In this document: in pieces, positions 18,364 to 27,507 of the stretch | Position numbering within the stretch: position 1 is the stretch's first letter | Layout of the letters: the number at the start of each line of letters is the position of its first letter | Assembly: GCA_032128875.1 (NCBI GenBank) | Contig: JAVLKG010000003.1 | Span: 728,974 to 792,973 of the forward strand | Direction of reading: 5' to 3' | Length of the DNA: 64,000 nucleotides | From: Candidatus Melainabacteria bacterium 17Bon1m | Lineage (GTDB): Bacteria; Cyanobacteriota; Vampirovibrionia; Obscuribacterales; Obscuribacteraceae | Translations under genes and position numbers: made by a program | Notes under the pieces: model-generated | Databases searched by the model: none | What the model was told of the DNA's origin: nothing | What the model saw: the letters and a program-made list of their open reading frames with translations, nothing else

Positions 18364-19716
18364 TTAAACACTGACTGTGCGAGTTTCTACCGTCTCGCTG
18401 CTAGAGCTTTCGCTGCTTTTCGCGGTTTCCAACCATGCAAGTTTGTTCGTCCCGTCCGCGCCTACCGAGTGACTGTGTACATTCAGAGTGTGATGGTCTT
18501 CGCCGGAGCCCAAACCGGTCGTGCCGTCTTTAGTATCGTCGAATTCCCCTTCCCAGCGGGCAAGGACACAGGAAGCAAGGCAGTTGCCGAGGACATTGAC
18601 TGACGTTCGAGCCATATCCATGACGGTGTCAACGCCGAGAATCAAGGCGACGCCAGCCAAAGGAAGATTGAATGATGCGAGAGTTCCGGCAAGAATCACC
18701 AACGATGCGCGTGGCACGGCCGCAACGCCCTTGCTGGTGAGCATTAGAGTAAACATCATCAATACTTGTTGTTCGATTGTCAGGTTGACGCCTGCAGCTT
18801 GCGCGACAAACACTGAAGCGAGCGAGAGGTAGAGCGTTGTTCCGTCCAGATTGAATGTATAACCCAACGGCAAGACGAAGCTGACGATCTTCTTCGGTAC
18901 TCCGATAGATTCCATGGCAGTCAATGCTTTCGGCAGTGCAGCTTCGCTGGAGGTCGTGGAGAAAGCGATGAAAAATGGTTCTTTCACAGCGCGGGCAAAT
19001 TTGCCCAGAGGAATTCTTGCGATTACTGCGACCGGCAATAACACGCAGAAAATGAAGACGAACAATGCAAGGTACAAGGTACCCACTAGCTGGGCGAGTT
19101 TTGCCAGCACGTTCAAACCGTGTTCGCCAACGGTCGCTGCCATTGCGCATGCCACGCCGATTGGAGCGAATTTCATGACGTAGCCAGTGTACTTGAACAT
19201 CACATTAGCAAGGCTCTGACAGAACTCCAAAATCATCGTTGCTTTCGTTGCGCTCACAGCCAGCGCGAAAATTATTGAGAAGACTACGATTTGAAGAACA
19301 TCACCGCGCGCCATCGAATCGATTACGCTGGTCGGAAATATGTGGACGATCAGGTCGGAGACAGACGGTTGCTTGGCTATCTCACCGACCTTTGCGGCGG
19401 CATCGAGCTGGACGCCGACGCCGGGTTTTAAAACATTGACCAACAAAAGACCAATCGCCAGTGCGAATGTTGTCACCACTTCGAAATAAAGGAATGCTTT
19501 TGCGCTCAATCGTCCTAACGAATGTGCGCTTTCCATGCCTGCGATGCCGACAACCAGTGTTGCGAAAACGAGCGGCGCGATGATTGTTTTGATCAAATGG
19601 ATGAAGATAGTTCCACCCGGCGCAAGCGCGGTGCCAACTTGCGGAAAGAGCGCGCCGACAGCGATCCCTACTACAAGTCCAATGAAGATCTGAACAGTCA
19701 GGCTGGGTGCTTTCAT
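18364..19716 (-). CDS. Dicarboxylate/amino acid:cation symporter (GltP/DctA family)
   Basis: AFSTTSSEAALP, LGYTFNLDG, LTSKGVAAVPRAS and DMARTSVNVLGN. Confidence 0.95.
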   Translation of the reverse strand: MKAPSLTVQIFIGLVVGIAVGALFPQVGTALAPGGTIFIHLIKTIIAPLVFATLVVGIAGMESAHSLGRLSAKAFLYFEVVTTFALAIGLLLVNVLKPGVGVQLDAAAKVGEIAKQPSVSDLIVHIFPTSVIDSMARGDVLQIVVFSIIFALAVSATKATMILEFCQSLANVMFKYTGYVMKFAPIGVACAMAATVGEHGLNVLAKLAQLVGTLYLALFVFIFCVLLPVAVIARIPLGKFARAVKEPFFIAFSTTSSEAALPKALTAMESIGVPKKIVSFVLPLGYTFNLDGTTLYLSLASVFVAQAAGVNLTIEQQVLMMFTLMLTSKGVAAVPRASLVILAGTLASFNLPLAGVALILGVDTVMDMARTSVNVLGNCLASCVLARWEGEFDDTKDGTTGLGSGEDHHTLNVHSHSVGADGTNKLAWLETAKSSESSSSETVETRTVSV

Positions 19717-19726
19717 TGCGATGCGC

Positions 19727-21754
19727 TCACATTAGGGAGAGTAGTTCTAGCCCGCGACCGACGACGATTGCCATGCGGTCTTTGATTGAGATTGCCGAAG
19801 CCGATTCAACGACTGGCAGTGTTGCAACTATCTTTGGTGCCGACGGAGTTGTGAAGTCGACGATGACAGCAATGCTCTTTCCGTCCGGCGTTCTGCCAGC
19901 GGTGATAGCACGCTTGCCCTGGACGGCGACTGCAGTGCCGTCGTGAGGAAGGTCGACAGAACCGAGGACGTGCATGTCCTTGTTGTCTTTTGAAAGAACC
20001 AGAAAGAAGCCCTTGGTTTGTTGATCTACAAAGGTAGCAAGTACGTAGTCTTCGGTAAGCGCGAAATCGCGCGGCGCGAGATTTTCAAAATGTCGTGTGG
20101 AAAATTGCTCGACATTGTCAGCGACACCATAGAGATATAGGTCGTTGAGTGCTGCGCAGAGCATGTATCCGCCCAGTGCGACGCCGCGATTGACACCCTT
20201 GGGCAAGTCGATAGTTTTCTCAACTTCCAATTTGTTGGAGTAAACCTTCACTCGCTGGGCGACCGATTTTTTCTCTTGCTCCGATATGACAAAAGCCTTC
20301 TGAATCACTGAGTCGTAGCAGAGCTGACTGCCTTGAGTTTTCAGTGTTGCTGCCACATTGGCCAGACTGTCCATCTTGCGCAATGCGACCCCGTCTTTCG
20401 AAAGACAGAGCACATAACTTCCTGCGCCCACGATTGCCTTGACTGATGTCGGCAATTCTTGAGTTGAAACAAGGCTCGGTTTGTCTGGGTTGGAGATGTC
20501 GTACAGCTTGAGATCGGAGCCGCCGAGCACCACCATGTTGTTCCAACTCGCTACGCCCGATGCAGGCAGTCGCGGAATAGAGTAGGTATAAGCAGGCGTC
20601 CATCCTTCTTTGCCGCCCGTCAGCATTTCAACGCCAGCCCACCCTGAACATACATAGATGTTGCGATCTTTGGCGACGATGCTGGCGTGTTGCCCATAAC
20701 TGCCTTTTGGTGTCGGCAGGTTGACTACTTGTTCTCTTGTTAGATGACCGGTTTTGTCGGCAACTAATGAGAGTACTTTGCGCCCTTGTTTTGTTTCACC
20801 CAAAACAAGAAAGCGGTCGCGCTGTGCTGTAGAACTCAGCACCGAAGTGAGAGGCTCCAAGGTCAGAGATGACACCACTCGTGGTGAGGGATCGAGGAAT
20901 ATAGTGCGAGCTTCGCATGCATTTGCCAGTCTGTCGTTAATCACTGGACGACCGGAAACGACTACTGTTGAGCGAACACGCGCCAGACGTTTGAATTCGC
21001 CTTCCAGCTTAATCGGCTCTTTTGCCACCGGCGAGCGTGGATATGCAATGTTGTAGATATCCAGCTGGGAAATTGGCGCTTGCGGTGCACACTGCAAAAT
21101 CACCATGGTGCGGTCTTGAACATCCATGGCGGCCACAGGATAAGGAACCGAGAAAGAAGCAAGAAGAGAAGGTTCTGCAGCTTTGCCCTTGATTGTTGAT
21201 TGATAGAGAGTAACCAGGTTTTCTCCTGAAAGAGACGTTCCTGCAACGCATACCAGATCGTTATTGGACGTGATCGCCGTAAACTCTGCATAGTCTCTCA
21301 GTGGCATCTTTGATACCACTGACGGTGCAGCGAAATTGGTCACGTTTATTGTGACAAGGTTCAACTGCAAATCTGCCGGATCTGAGCTGAGTGCGACCAG
21401 TGCATAGGCGCGCGGTCCAAACGACGTGAAATCAAATACGCGCTTGCCCAGACCAGCCAGTTCGCCCATAACTTTGACGGGGGTCTTTGGGTTGCCAGGG
21501 CGTCTGATGTCGACGATCGACATCCGTCCAAACTCATCACAGAAGAGCGAAAAGCCCTGGGGATTTGCCACTGAGGCAAAGTCAGGAATAATCGCCGGTG
21601 GCCACTCGGCGCGCGCTATGGTGTGCGGACCCGAGACGGGCGCTGCCGGCTTTGCCTTGAGCTTAGGCAAACTGAATACGGGATTGAATAATTCGCTTGT
21701 TGCCGCCCACGAAATGAGCGAGCCCAAGAGGAAAGACCTTCTAGTGAGCATCAC
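19727..21754 (-). CDS. Tat-exported beta-propeller-like (LVIVD-repeat-like) protein
   Basis: Twin-arginine signal TRRSFLL; repeats SIVDIRRPGNP, LYDISNPDKPSLV and VIVDFTTPSAPKIV. Confidence 0.7.
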   Translation of the reverse strand: MMLTRRSFLLGSLISWAATSELFNPVFSLPKLKAKPAAPVSGPHTIARAEWPPAIIPDFASVANPQGFSLFCDEFGRMSIVDIRRPGNPKTPVKVMGELAGLGKRVFDFTSFGPRAYALVALSSDPADLQLNLVTINVTNFAAPSVVSKMPLRDYAEFTAITSNNDLVCVAGTSLSGENLVTLYQSTIKGKAAEPSLLASFSVPYPVAAMDVQDRTMVILQCAPQAPISQLDIYNIAYPRSPVAKEPIKLEGEFKRLARVRSTVVVSGRPVINDRLANACEARTIFLDPSPRVVSSLTLEPLTSVLSSTAQRDRFLVLGETKQGRKVLSLVADKTGHLTREQVVNLPTPKGSYGQHASIVAKDRNIYVCSGWAGVEMLTGGKEGWTPAYTYSIPRLPASGVASWNNMVVLGGSDLKLYDISNPDKPSLVSTQELPTSVKAIVGAGSYVLCLSKDGVALRKMDSLANVAATLKTQGSQLCYDSVIQKAFVISEQEKKSVAQRVKVYSNKLEVEKTIDLPKGVNRGVALGGYMLCAALNDLYLYGVADNVEQFSTRHFENLAPRDFALTEDYVLATFVDQQTKGFFLVLSKDNKDMHVLGSVDLPHDGTAVAVQGKRAITAGRTPDGKSIAVIVDFTTPSAPKIVATLPVVESASAISIKDRMAIVVGRGLELLSLM

Positions 21755-21786
21755 AAAACCAAAGAACCGCTAAGGCCCTGCAGGAC

Positions 21787-22041
21787 TTAAAAGAAATTCC
21801 TTACAGCAACCATGATTCCTTGTAACACAAAAATCGCCACCATTGGCGACAGATCGATATTGGCAATCGGCGGGATGATACGCCTGAAGGGCGCAATGAT
21901 AGGTTGCACGATGCGATCGAGAGTTCTAAAAGGTTGTTCATGCCAGTGAATGTTGGGAAACCAACTTAGCAAACACCAGACGATGATGATGAGATTGAGG
22001 AGCTGAACTAGCCCGACGATGATATTTCCGACCGCGCTCAC
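21787..22041 (-). CDS. yggT: YggT family membrane protein
   Basis: LLSWFP..L.RIVQP..APFRRIIPPIANIDLSPMVAI. Confidence 0.93.
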   Translation of the reverse strand: MSAVGNIIVGLVQLLNLIIIVWCLLSWFPNIHWHEQPFRTLDRIVQPIIAPFRRIIPPIANIDLSPMVAIFVLQGIMVAVRNFF

Positions 22042-22114
22042 TGATTTTTTCCTCTTATTCGATGCCCATACTTTGGTGACATTGCGTCTTAGATGACTTT
22101 TAGCTGATTCGTTT

Positions 22115-22251
22115 CAGCATTGGAATGTCCTTTTTACTGGACTTTTTTACCATTTGTCCGAGCCATTCCTTTCACGAACCCTTTGGTTCTCGAGTGCTCG
22201 AACCCTCGGTCACCGGCGGTTTTTGCCGACATCACTGGACATTCCTTACTG
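22115..22251 (-). ncRNA. Candidate structured RNA or 5' leader upstream of yggT
   Basis: Closing helix CAGUA-A-GGAAUGUCC / GGACAUUCC-AA-UGCUG with internal hairpins, starting just after an extended -10 box. Confidence 0.35.
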
Positions 22252-22255
22252 CCTG

Positions 22256-22264
22256 ATTGTAGCA
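22256..22264 (-). promoter_or_regulatory. Extended -10 promoter (TGnTACAAT)
   Basis: Minus strand TGCTACAAT with AT-rich upstream sequence. Confidence 0.5.
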
Positions 22265-22321
22265 TCTTATGTGTTATTAATTTTTGGCAGTGGGAGTTTG
22301 GCTTTGGGGCAGGACAGCACC

Positions 22322-23320
22322 ATGAGAACGGCGTCTTCATTCGCCGGATTGCTCACTGGCGAGCAAAAAATGATCGATTCAATTAAGAGTTGGGTGGGAG
22401 GCAGCCTGATCGGTGACGATTGTGCGCTGATCTCCTCGCAAACCTTAGTCTCTACAGATGCGCTGGTCGAGGGAGTTCACTTTCGCCGCGACCTTATGTC
22501 GCTGGAAGAAATCGGATGGAAAGCAGCAGCAGTCAACTTGAGCGATATTGCCGCAATGGCTGGCCGCCCTCGATATCTGTTCGTCACCGTTTGCGCTCCT
22601 GCGGGATTTTCGCAGAATGACTTCCGTAGCCTATATGAGGGCATCGGCAGTTGCGCTCGGCAATTTCGCGTCAGCATCGCAGGCGGGGACATTACTGCCA
22701 GCGACCAACTAATGCTTTCATTGACCGTTATTGGTGACGTTCATGAGAATGGGTGCTTGACTCGCTCTGGTGCTAAGCCGGGCGATGTAATCATTGCTAC
22801 CGGTGATTTTGGAGCCAGCCGTGCGGGGCTCTGGCAGCTACTGTCGGGTGAGTCCTCAAAGAGGAACAGCAAAGACGGCGGTGGGTCGCATACGCTCGGC
22901 AAGCACATCCGCCCTATGCCGCGTCTCTCTGAAGCCTGGATGCTGGTGGGAAAAACAGGCTCAGCCGGCGCTCTAATGGACGCTTCCGATGGTTTGGCGG
23001 ACGCACTCGTTCAACTTGCCAGGGCGAATTCTGTCGGCATGATGGTTGAATTGGGCTCGATTCCGATGAATGCGGAAACAAAGCAGATTGCCTCGCAAGC
23101 AGGGGTAGACCCCGTAGATTGGGCGCTTTACGGTGGTGAAGATTATGAGCTGGTCGGTTGCATCGATGCCAATGTGTGGGGCGAATGGCGCAAAGAAGGC
23201 AGCAAAAATAACCCCTTCGTTCCCATAGGGATTGTCACTGACGGAGCGTCTATCGATTTGACGCGGTATGGTTCGCCGGCGCCGCCACTCGACATGAGTA
23301 AATGTTTTCAGCACATTTGA
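22322..23320 (+). CDS. thiL: Thiamine-monophosphate kinase
   Basis: IGDDCA, DALVEGVHF, NLSDIAAMAG, GGD, DASDGL and GGEDYEL; start moved to ATG 22322. Confidence 0.96.
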   Translation: MRTASSFAGLLTGEQKMIDSIKSWVGGSLIGDDCALISSQTLVSTDALVEGVHFRRDLMSLEEIGWKAAAVNLSDIAAMAGRPRYLFVTVCAPAGFSQNDFRSLYEGIGSCARQFRVSIAGGDITASDQLMLSLTVIGDVHENGCLTRSGAKPGDVIIATGDFGASRAGLWQLLSGESSKRNSKDGGGSHTLGKHIRPMPRLSEAWMLVGKTGSAGALMDASDGLADALVQLARANSVGMMVELGSIPMNAETKQIASQAGVDPVDWALYGGEDYELVGCIDANVWGEWRKEGSKNNPFVPIGIVTDGASIDLTRYGSPAPPLDMSKCFQHI

Positions 23321-23325
23321 TCGAT

Positions 23326-23395
23326 GTAATGGATCCGCATGCGACTCCCTGCCACGGCGGCGCAGGGGGCCGCCCGCATGTATGCTTGCCCGTAC
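23326..23395. repeat. REP-like element, family B (degenerate inverted pair)
   Basis: GTAATGGATCCGCATGCGACTCCCTGCCA ... GCATGTATGCTTGCCCGTAC, similar to 47782-47865. Confidence 0.55.
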
Positions 23396-23471
23396 ATAAA
23401 TTGTTATTAGATCCGGCAAGATGACGTCGAACACCGTAAGCTTATGCGAGGTGACTGCGGGAGGGTGTGAA

Positions 23472-24374
23472 GTGCCAGAAGTGCTGAAAGACGAAAAGGC
23501 TGCAACTCTTATGGATGGCAAAGAGCTTGCCAAGCTGGTCAAGGACGAGCTAAAGGTCAAAATCGAGCGCCACACTCAAAAGGGAAAACGCGCCCCGGGC
23601 CTGGCCGTAATACTCGCCGGTGACGACCCAGCAAGCGCCATTTACGTCAAAAACAAAGTGAAGTCATGCGAAGCGGCAGGCATCGAGAGCTTCTTCCATA
23701 AGTTTCCTGCGGATGTCACTGAAAAAGAACTGATTGACTGCGTCGAGAAGCTCAACAAAGACGACAAGGTGGACGGCATTCTTGTTCAGTTGCCACTTCC
23801 AGGCAAGCTTTCGGCAGACAATGTCCTCGACCATCTTGATCCTGCAAAGGACGCAGATGGCTTGCACCCTTACAATCTTGGACTGCTTTTCTGCGGTAAG
23901 AAAGGTCCGACGCCTTGCACTCCGAAAGGCGTAATGAGACTTTTAGAACAGTACAAAATCGACCCAGCTGGTAAAAACGCCGTGGTCATCGGACGCTCCA
24001 ACCTCGTTGGCAAACCCGCAGCAGCGCTTCTTACGCAGAAGAATGCGACGGTTACCGTTTGCCACAGCAAGACTGCCAATCTAAGCGAAGTGTGTGCGCA
24101 AGCCGATATTCTCGTTGTAGCAATGGGTAAGCGTGAGTTTGTGCGTGGCTCATGGATAAAGCCAGGTGCTGTCGTAATCGATGTCGGCATTCACCATTCC
24201 GAAGGCGAGGGCGGCGCGAAAGGGAAAATTGCAGGCGATGTCTGCTTTGAAGAAGCAAAGGCTGTCGCGTCTCACATCACGCCTGTTCCCGGCGGTGTTG
24301 GGCCAATGACTGTGGCAATGCTTCTTGCTAATACTTTTGAAAATTACGAACGCAAAACTGGAGCTGCTGACTGA
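23472..24374 (+). CDS. folD: Methylenetetrahydrofolate dehydrogenase/cyclohydrolase
   Basis: GILVQLPLP, KDADGLHP, PCTP, GRSNLVGKP and TPVPGGVGPMT; GTG start after GGAGG. Confidence 0.97.
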   Translation: MPEVLKDEKAATLMDGKELAKLVKDELKVKIERHTQKGKRAPGLAVILAGDDPASAIYVKNKVKSCEAAGIESFFHKFPADVTEKELIDCVEKLNKDDKVDGILVQLPLPGKLSADNVLDHLDPAKDADGLHPYNLGLLFCGKKGPTPCTPKGVMRLLEQYKIDPAGKNAVVIGRSNLVGKPAAALLTQKNATVTVCHSKTANLSEVCAQADILVVAMGKREFVRGSWIKPGAVVIDVGIHHSEGEGGAKGKIAGDVCFEEAKAVASHITPVPGGVGPMTVAMLLANTFENYERKTGAAD

Positions 24375-24992
24375 GTGAAGAAAGAGAAACGGTCTCTGCC
24401 GCTTTGGTCTAAATCACTGATTTCGCTTGTGTTTATCGGTGTTGCCGGTTTTCTTTTTGTTGCCACTCAAGTGATCCTCGAGTTTCGCACCATGAGTTTG
24501 CACTCAACCGATGCAGCGTACATGGAAATCGTTGCGCAGAAAATTGCGCCGTTTCCTAAGCCGTTGCCCAGCGGCTACGAATACAAATATGATTTGGATT
24601 TTCGTTGGTTTGATGGTGCCCTTCTAGTTGTTGAGCACGTTCCAAATAGGCAGCAACTATTCTTTATTTGCAAGCTCAACGACAATACCGAGGCGATTGC
24701 TACTAAAGAAGTACTAGATCGATTTTATGACATAGGCATCCATACCGGGACTACAACCTGCAAATTTACTGATGTGAAAACAAAGGGCGAAATTCCCGTG
24801 GGCTCTGAGAAGATGCTCTACATGACTGGACTTCTAAAGGATAATGCAGGACGCGTTTACGAAGGTTTTGTCGGCTGCGTGCGCAATTTGGAAAAGAAGA
24901 AGACTGTGCTCGTTTGGTCGTTGAGCGAACCTGGTAAGGCTCTCAACACAGACGTTTGTACGAACCTGATCAAAAGTCTTCCAAGCATATAA
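24375..24992 (+). CDS. Hypothetical membrane-anchored protein
   Basis: GTG immediately after the folD stop; single N-terminal TM helix. Confidence 0.75.
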   Translation: MKKEKRSLPLWSKSLISLVFIGVAGFLFVATQVILEFRTMSLHSTDAAYMEIVAQKIAPFPKPLPSGYEYKYDLDFRWFDGALLVVEHVPNRQQLFFICKLNDNTEAIATKEVLDRFYDIGIHTGTTTCKFTDVKTKGEIPVGSEKMLYMTGLLKDNAGRVYEGFVGCVRNLEKKKTVLVWSLSEPGKALNTDVCTNLIKSLPSI

Positions 24993-25052
24993 GCCTGTGT
25001 GATAATCGAGCTTGGAACCAGCAAACGAGTTTGGAGCCGAAAAAGGATCTGA

Positions 25053-27443
25053 ATGATCAAAGCCAACAAAGCAAAGATTTTGCAGAAGTTGAAGCACTTT
25101 GGCATTCTCTACGGCGCTTTCACTGCGTTGTTTTTCATCTACTTCGCGCCCGTGGTTTTGACAGGCAATTTGCTTGCGCCCGATGACGACCGCACGCAAA
25201 GTCTTCCCGCTTTTCTCGCTGAGCGAACCATCTGGACGCCATTAGTAGGCGCGGGCTGGCCGGTTCATGCTGATCCATTGGCGCAAATTTGGTATCCGAT
25301 TTCACTTGTTTTGAGCAAAATTCCATTGCCGGTTGGGTGGAACTTATTTATTGTCAGCGGCTTTTCACTCTGCTCTGTTTTCCTTTATTTGTATGTTCGA
25401 TTGATCACCGGAAAGCGCTTTCCAGCAATTGTTTCAGCGCTGGTGTTTCCATTGTCCGGATGCATGTTGGCAGAACTTAGGCATGCGCCTGTTATTCACT
25501 CAATGGCATATTTGACGGCAATTTTGTTCGTGATGGAAAAATTATCCAGGCAGCATTCGTTGGCGTGGCTCGCTGCTGGAATGGCTGCCCTTGGGCTTTG
25601 TGTTCTGAACGGGCACATGCAATTTGTTGCCTATATCTTAGTTGTCGTGGTGTTATATGCGGTGTTCCGCTCGCTGACGATGAAAGAGGGACAATCGAAG
25701 TTTCTTATCGACATCGCTGCCTTGATTGCCGTCGGGCTGGCTATTGGCGCCATTCAGATACTACCCACATGGGAATTGACGAAATTCAGTGTGCGCAGCA
25801 AATTTGCTTTCATAGACTTTTTGTCTTACTCCTGCCACCCCCTTCAAGCGATTGGGTTAGTCACGCCTAACGCGTTGGGCTCGATGAACAGTATGTTTTT
25901 CAATATTCCATATTTTGGTCTGGAAGCTCGTCCCCCTCACTTTATGTATCTCGGACTATTGCCGCTCATCACCTTCTCAGCTGCATTCCTTTTGCTGCGC
26001 GGCAATGTGATAACTCTTTTCTGGCTTTTCACTGGGATGCTCACCTTCTTGCTTACCTTCGGCAATGCTACACCGTTGGCATGGATTCTCTACAACATAC
26101 CGCCGTTCGGATATTTCAGAGCATTGTCCTTGCTCTATCCAATTGCTGCTGTTTCATTTGCAATCGTCTGTGGAATAGTCCTTTCTCGTCTGATGGAGGA
26201 GAAGCTTGCGCGCCGGCGCATAGTCGTGTTTGCTGCGACATTATTTTGTGTCGCCTGCGGTGCAATTTCTCTTTCAGTGCAGATTCTTCAAGAAGTAATC
26301 GAGCTTCCTGAGAGAGGTTCGCTAGAGGGAACCCTTCCGCCCTTTTGGGAAAACCCGGCGATTCTCGTGCCGTTTTACGGTTCAATCTTAATGCTGGTTG
26401 TTTTTCTTGCGTGGCTGCACAAGCCCAATTGGCGTCCGTTAAAAGTCGCACTGCTCGTGGTGGCAGTTGCTGATCTTGCTTATGTCGGTTGGTTTAACGA
26501 ATGGCGCACTGCGCCTGTGCCTGTCGCAACGACGCAGCTCCCCGCGTCACTCTCAAAGTATCGCGACTTACTTACTGCAAGCAACCAGAGATTGTTGCCC
26601 TCTCGCGGTGTTTCCAGCAGTGATGACGAATGTCCGCCCAATCTTTCTCGCCTCTGGAAAGTTCCAAGTGCAAGCGCGTTTGGACCGTTGTTGAACACTC
26701 GCTACTTGGAAGTTCTCGGTATTACAGAAGGTGGGTTTATACCTGTGCCCTGGACGTTCACTTCAGACTTCAGAGGTTTTGACATGCTTGCGGTCAAGTT
26801 TTTGACAGTACCGCATGGTGACAATAGGTTGGCGGATTATAAAGCTAACGACAAGCCTATCTTCAAGAAGATAGCGGAGATTGGAAAAGCAGATATTTTT
26901 GAGAACACCCGCGCAATGCCTAGAGTCTGGATGGTCGGCGAAACTCGCCTGATGGCGGACGCAGACATTGTTCGCAGCATCCGACGTGGTGAATTGCCCG
27001 ACGGTGCGATGTTTGACCCCACCAAGCTTGCTCTTGTTTCTGATGCCGGTATGAAGTCGGAAGGCTTCACTTCACCACCAAAGGCAGTGAAGGTCGACAA
27101 CTTTTCTGGAAGCGCTAAGGTTATTTCCATCGAGAACAGGAAGGTTTTGTTAGATGCAGAAACAAGCACTGGCGGCTTTCTCGTCTTGAGCGATTTGTTC
27201 TACCCTGGCTGGAAAGCCACTGTCGATGGTCGGCAGCAAGAGATTGTGCGGACGAATTATGTTTTGCGGGGTCTTGAAATAAAACCTGGAAAACACTCGA
27301 TTGAATTTCGCTACGAGCCTATCTACTTATACATTGGCGGCGCGATTAGCTTGCTGGGGCTTCTCGCGCTTTTCGGGTTGCTTTGGAAGGCTTTGACGAC
27401 AAAGGAAGAAACGTCCGAAGCCGCACAAGAATTGGTGCAATGA
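25053..27443 (+). CDS. YfhO-family (GT-C-like) polytopic membrane glycosyltransferase
   Basis: Many TM helices; N-terminal DD and W.P...G.P..ADP...WYP; C-terminal LVLSDLFYPGWKATVDG..NYVLRG..PGKHSIEFRYEP. Confidence 0.88.
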   Translation: MIKANKAKILQKLKHFGILYGAFTALFFIYFAPVVLTGNLLAPDDDRTQSLPAFLAERTIWTPLVGAGWPVHADPLAQIWYPISLVLSKIPLPVGWNLFIVSGFSLCSVFLYLYVRLITGKRFPAIVSALVFPLSGCMLAELRHAPVIHSMAYLTAILFVMEKLSRQHSLAWLAAGMAALGLCVLNGHMQFVAYILVVVVLYAVFRSLTMKEGQSKFLIDIAALIAVGLAIGAIQILPTWELTKFSVRSKFAFIDFLSYSCHPLQAIGLVTPNALGSMNSMFFNIPYFGLEARPPHFMYLGLLPLITFSAAFLLLRGNVITLFWLFTGMLTFLLTFGNATPLAWILYNIPPFGYFRALSLLYPIAAVSFAIVCGIVLSRLMEEKLARRRIVVFAATLFCVACGAISLSVQILQEVIELPERGSLEGTLPPFWENPAILVPFYGSILMLVVFLAWLHKPNWRPLKVALLVVAVADLAYVGWFNEWRTAPVPVATTQLPASLSKYRDLLTASNQRLLPSRGVSSSDDECPPNLSRLWKVPSASAFGPLLNTRYLEVLGITEGGFIPVPWTFTSDFRGFDMLAVKFLTVPHGDNRLADYKANDKPIFKKIAEIGKADIFENTRAMPRVWMVGETRLMADADIVRSIRRGELPDGAMFDPTKLALVSDAGMKSEGFTSPPKAVKVDNFSGSAKVISIENRKVLLDAETSTGGFLVLSDLFYPGWKATVDGRQQEIVRTNYVLRGLEIKPGKHSIEFRYEPIYLYIGGAISLLGLLALFGLLWKALTTKEETSEAAQELVQ

Positions 27444-27507
27444 CTTTGAATTTGCCGCCCGCGACAGGTCGATAGGTTTTGGAACAAAATCCACAAACCA
27501 GCTCCCT

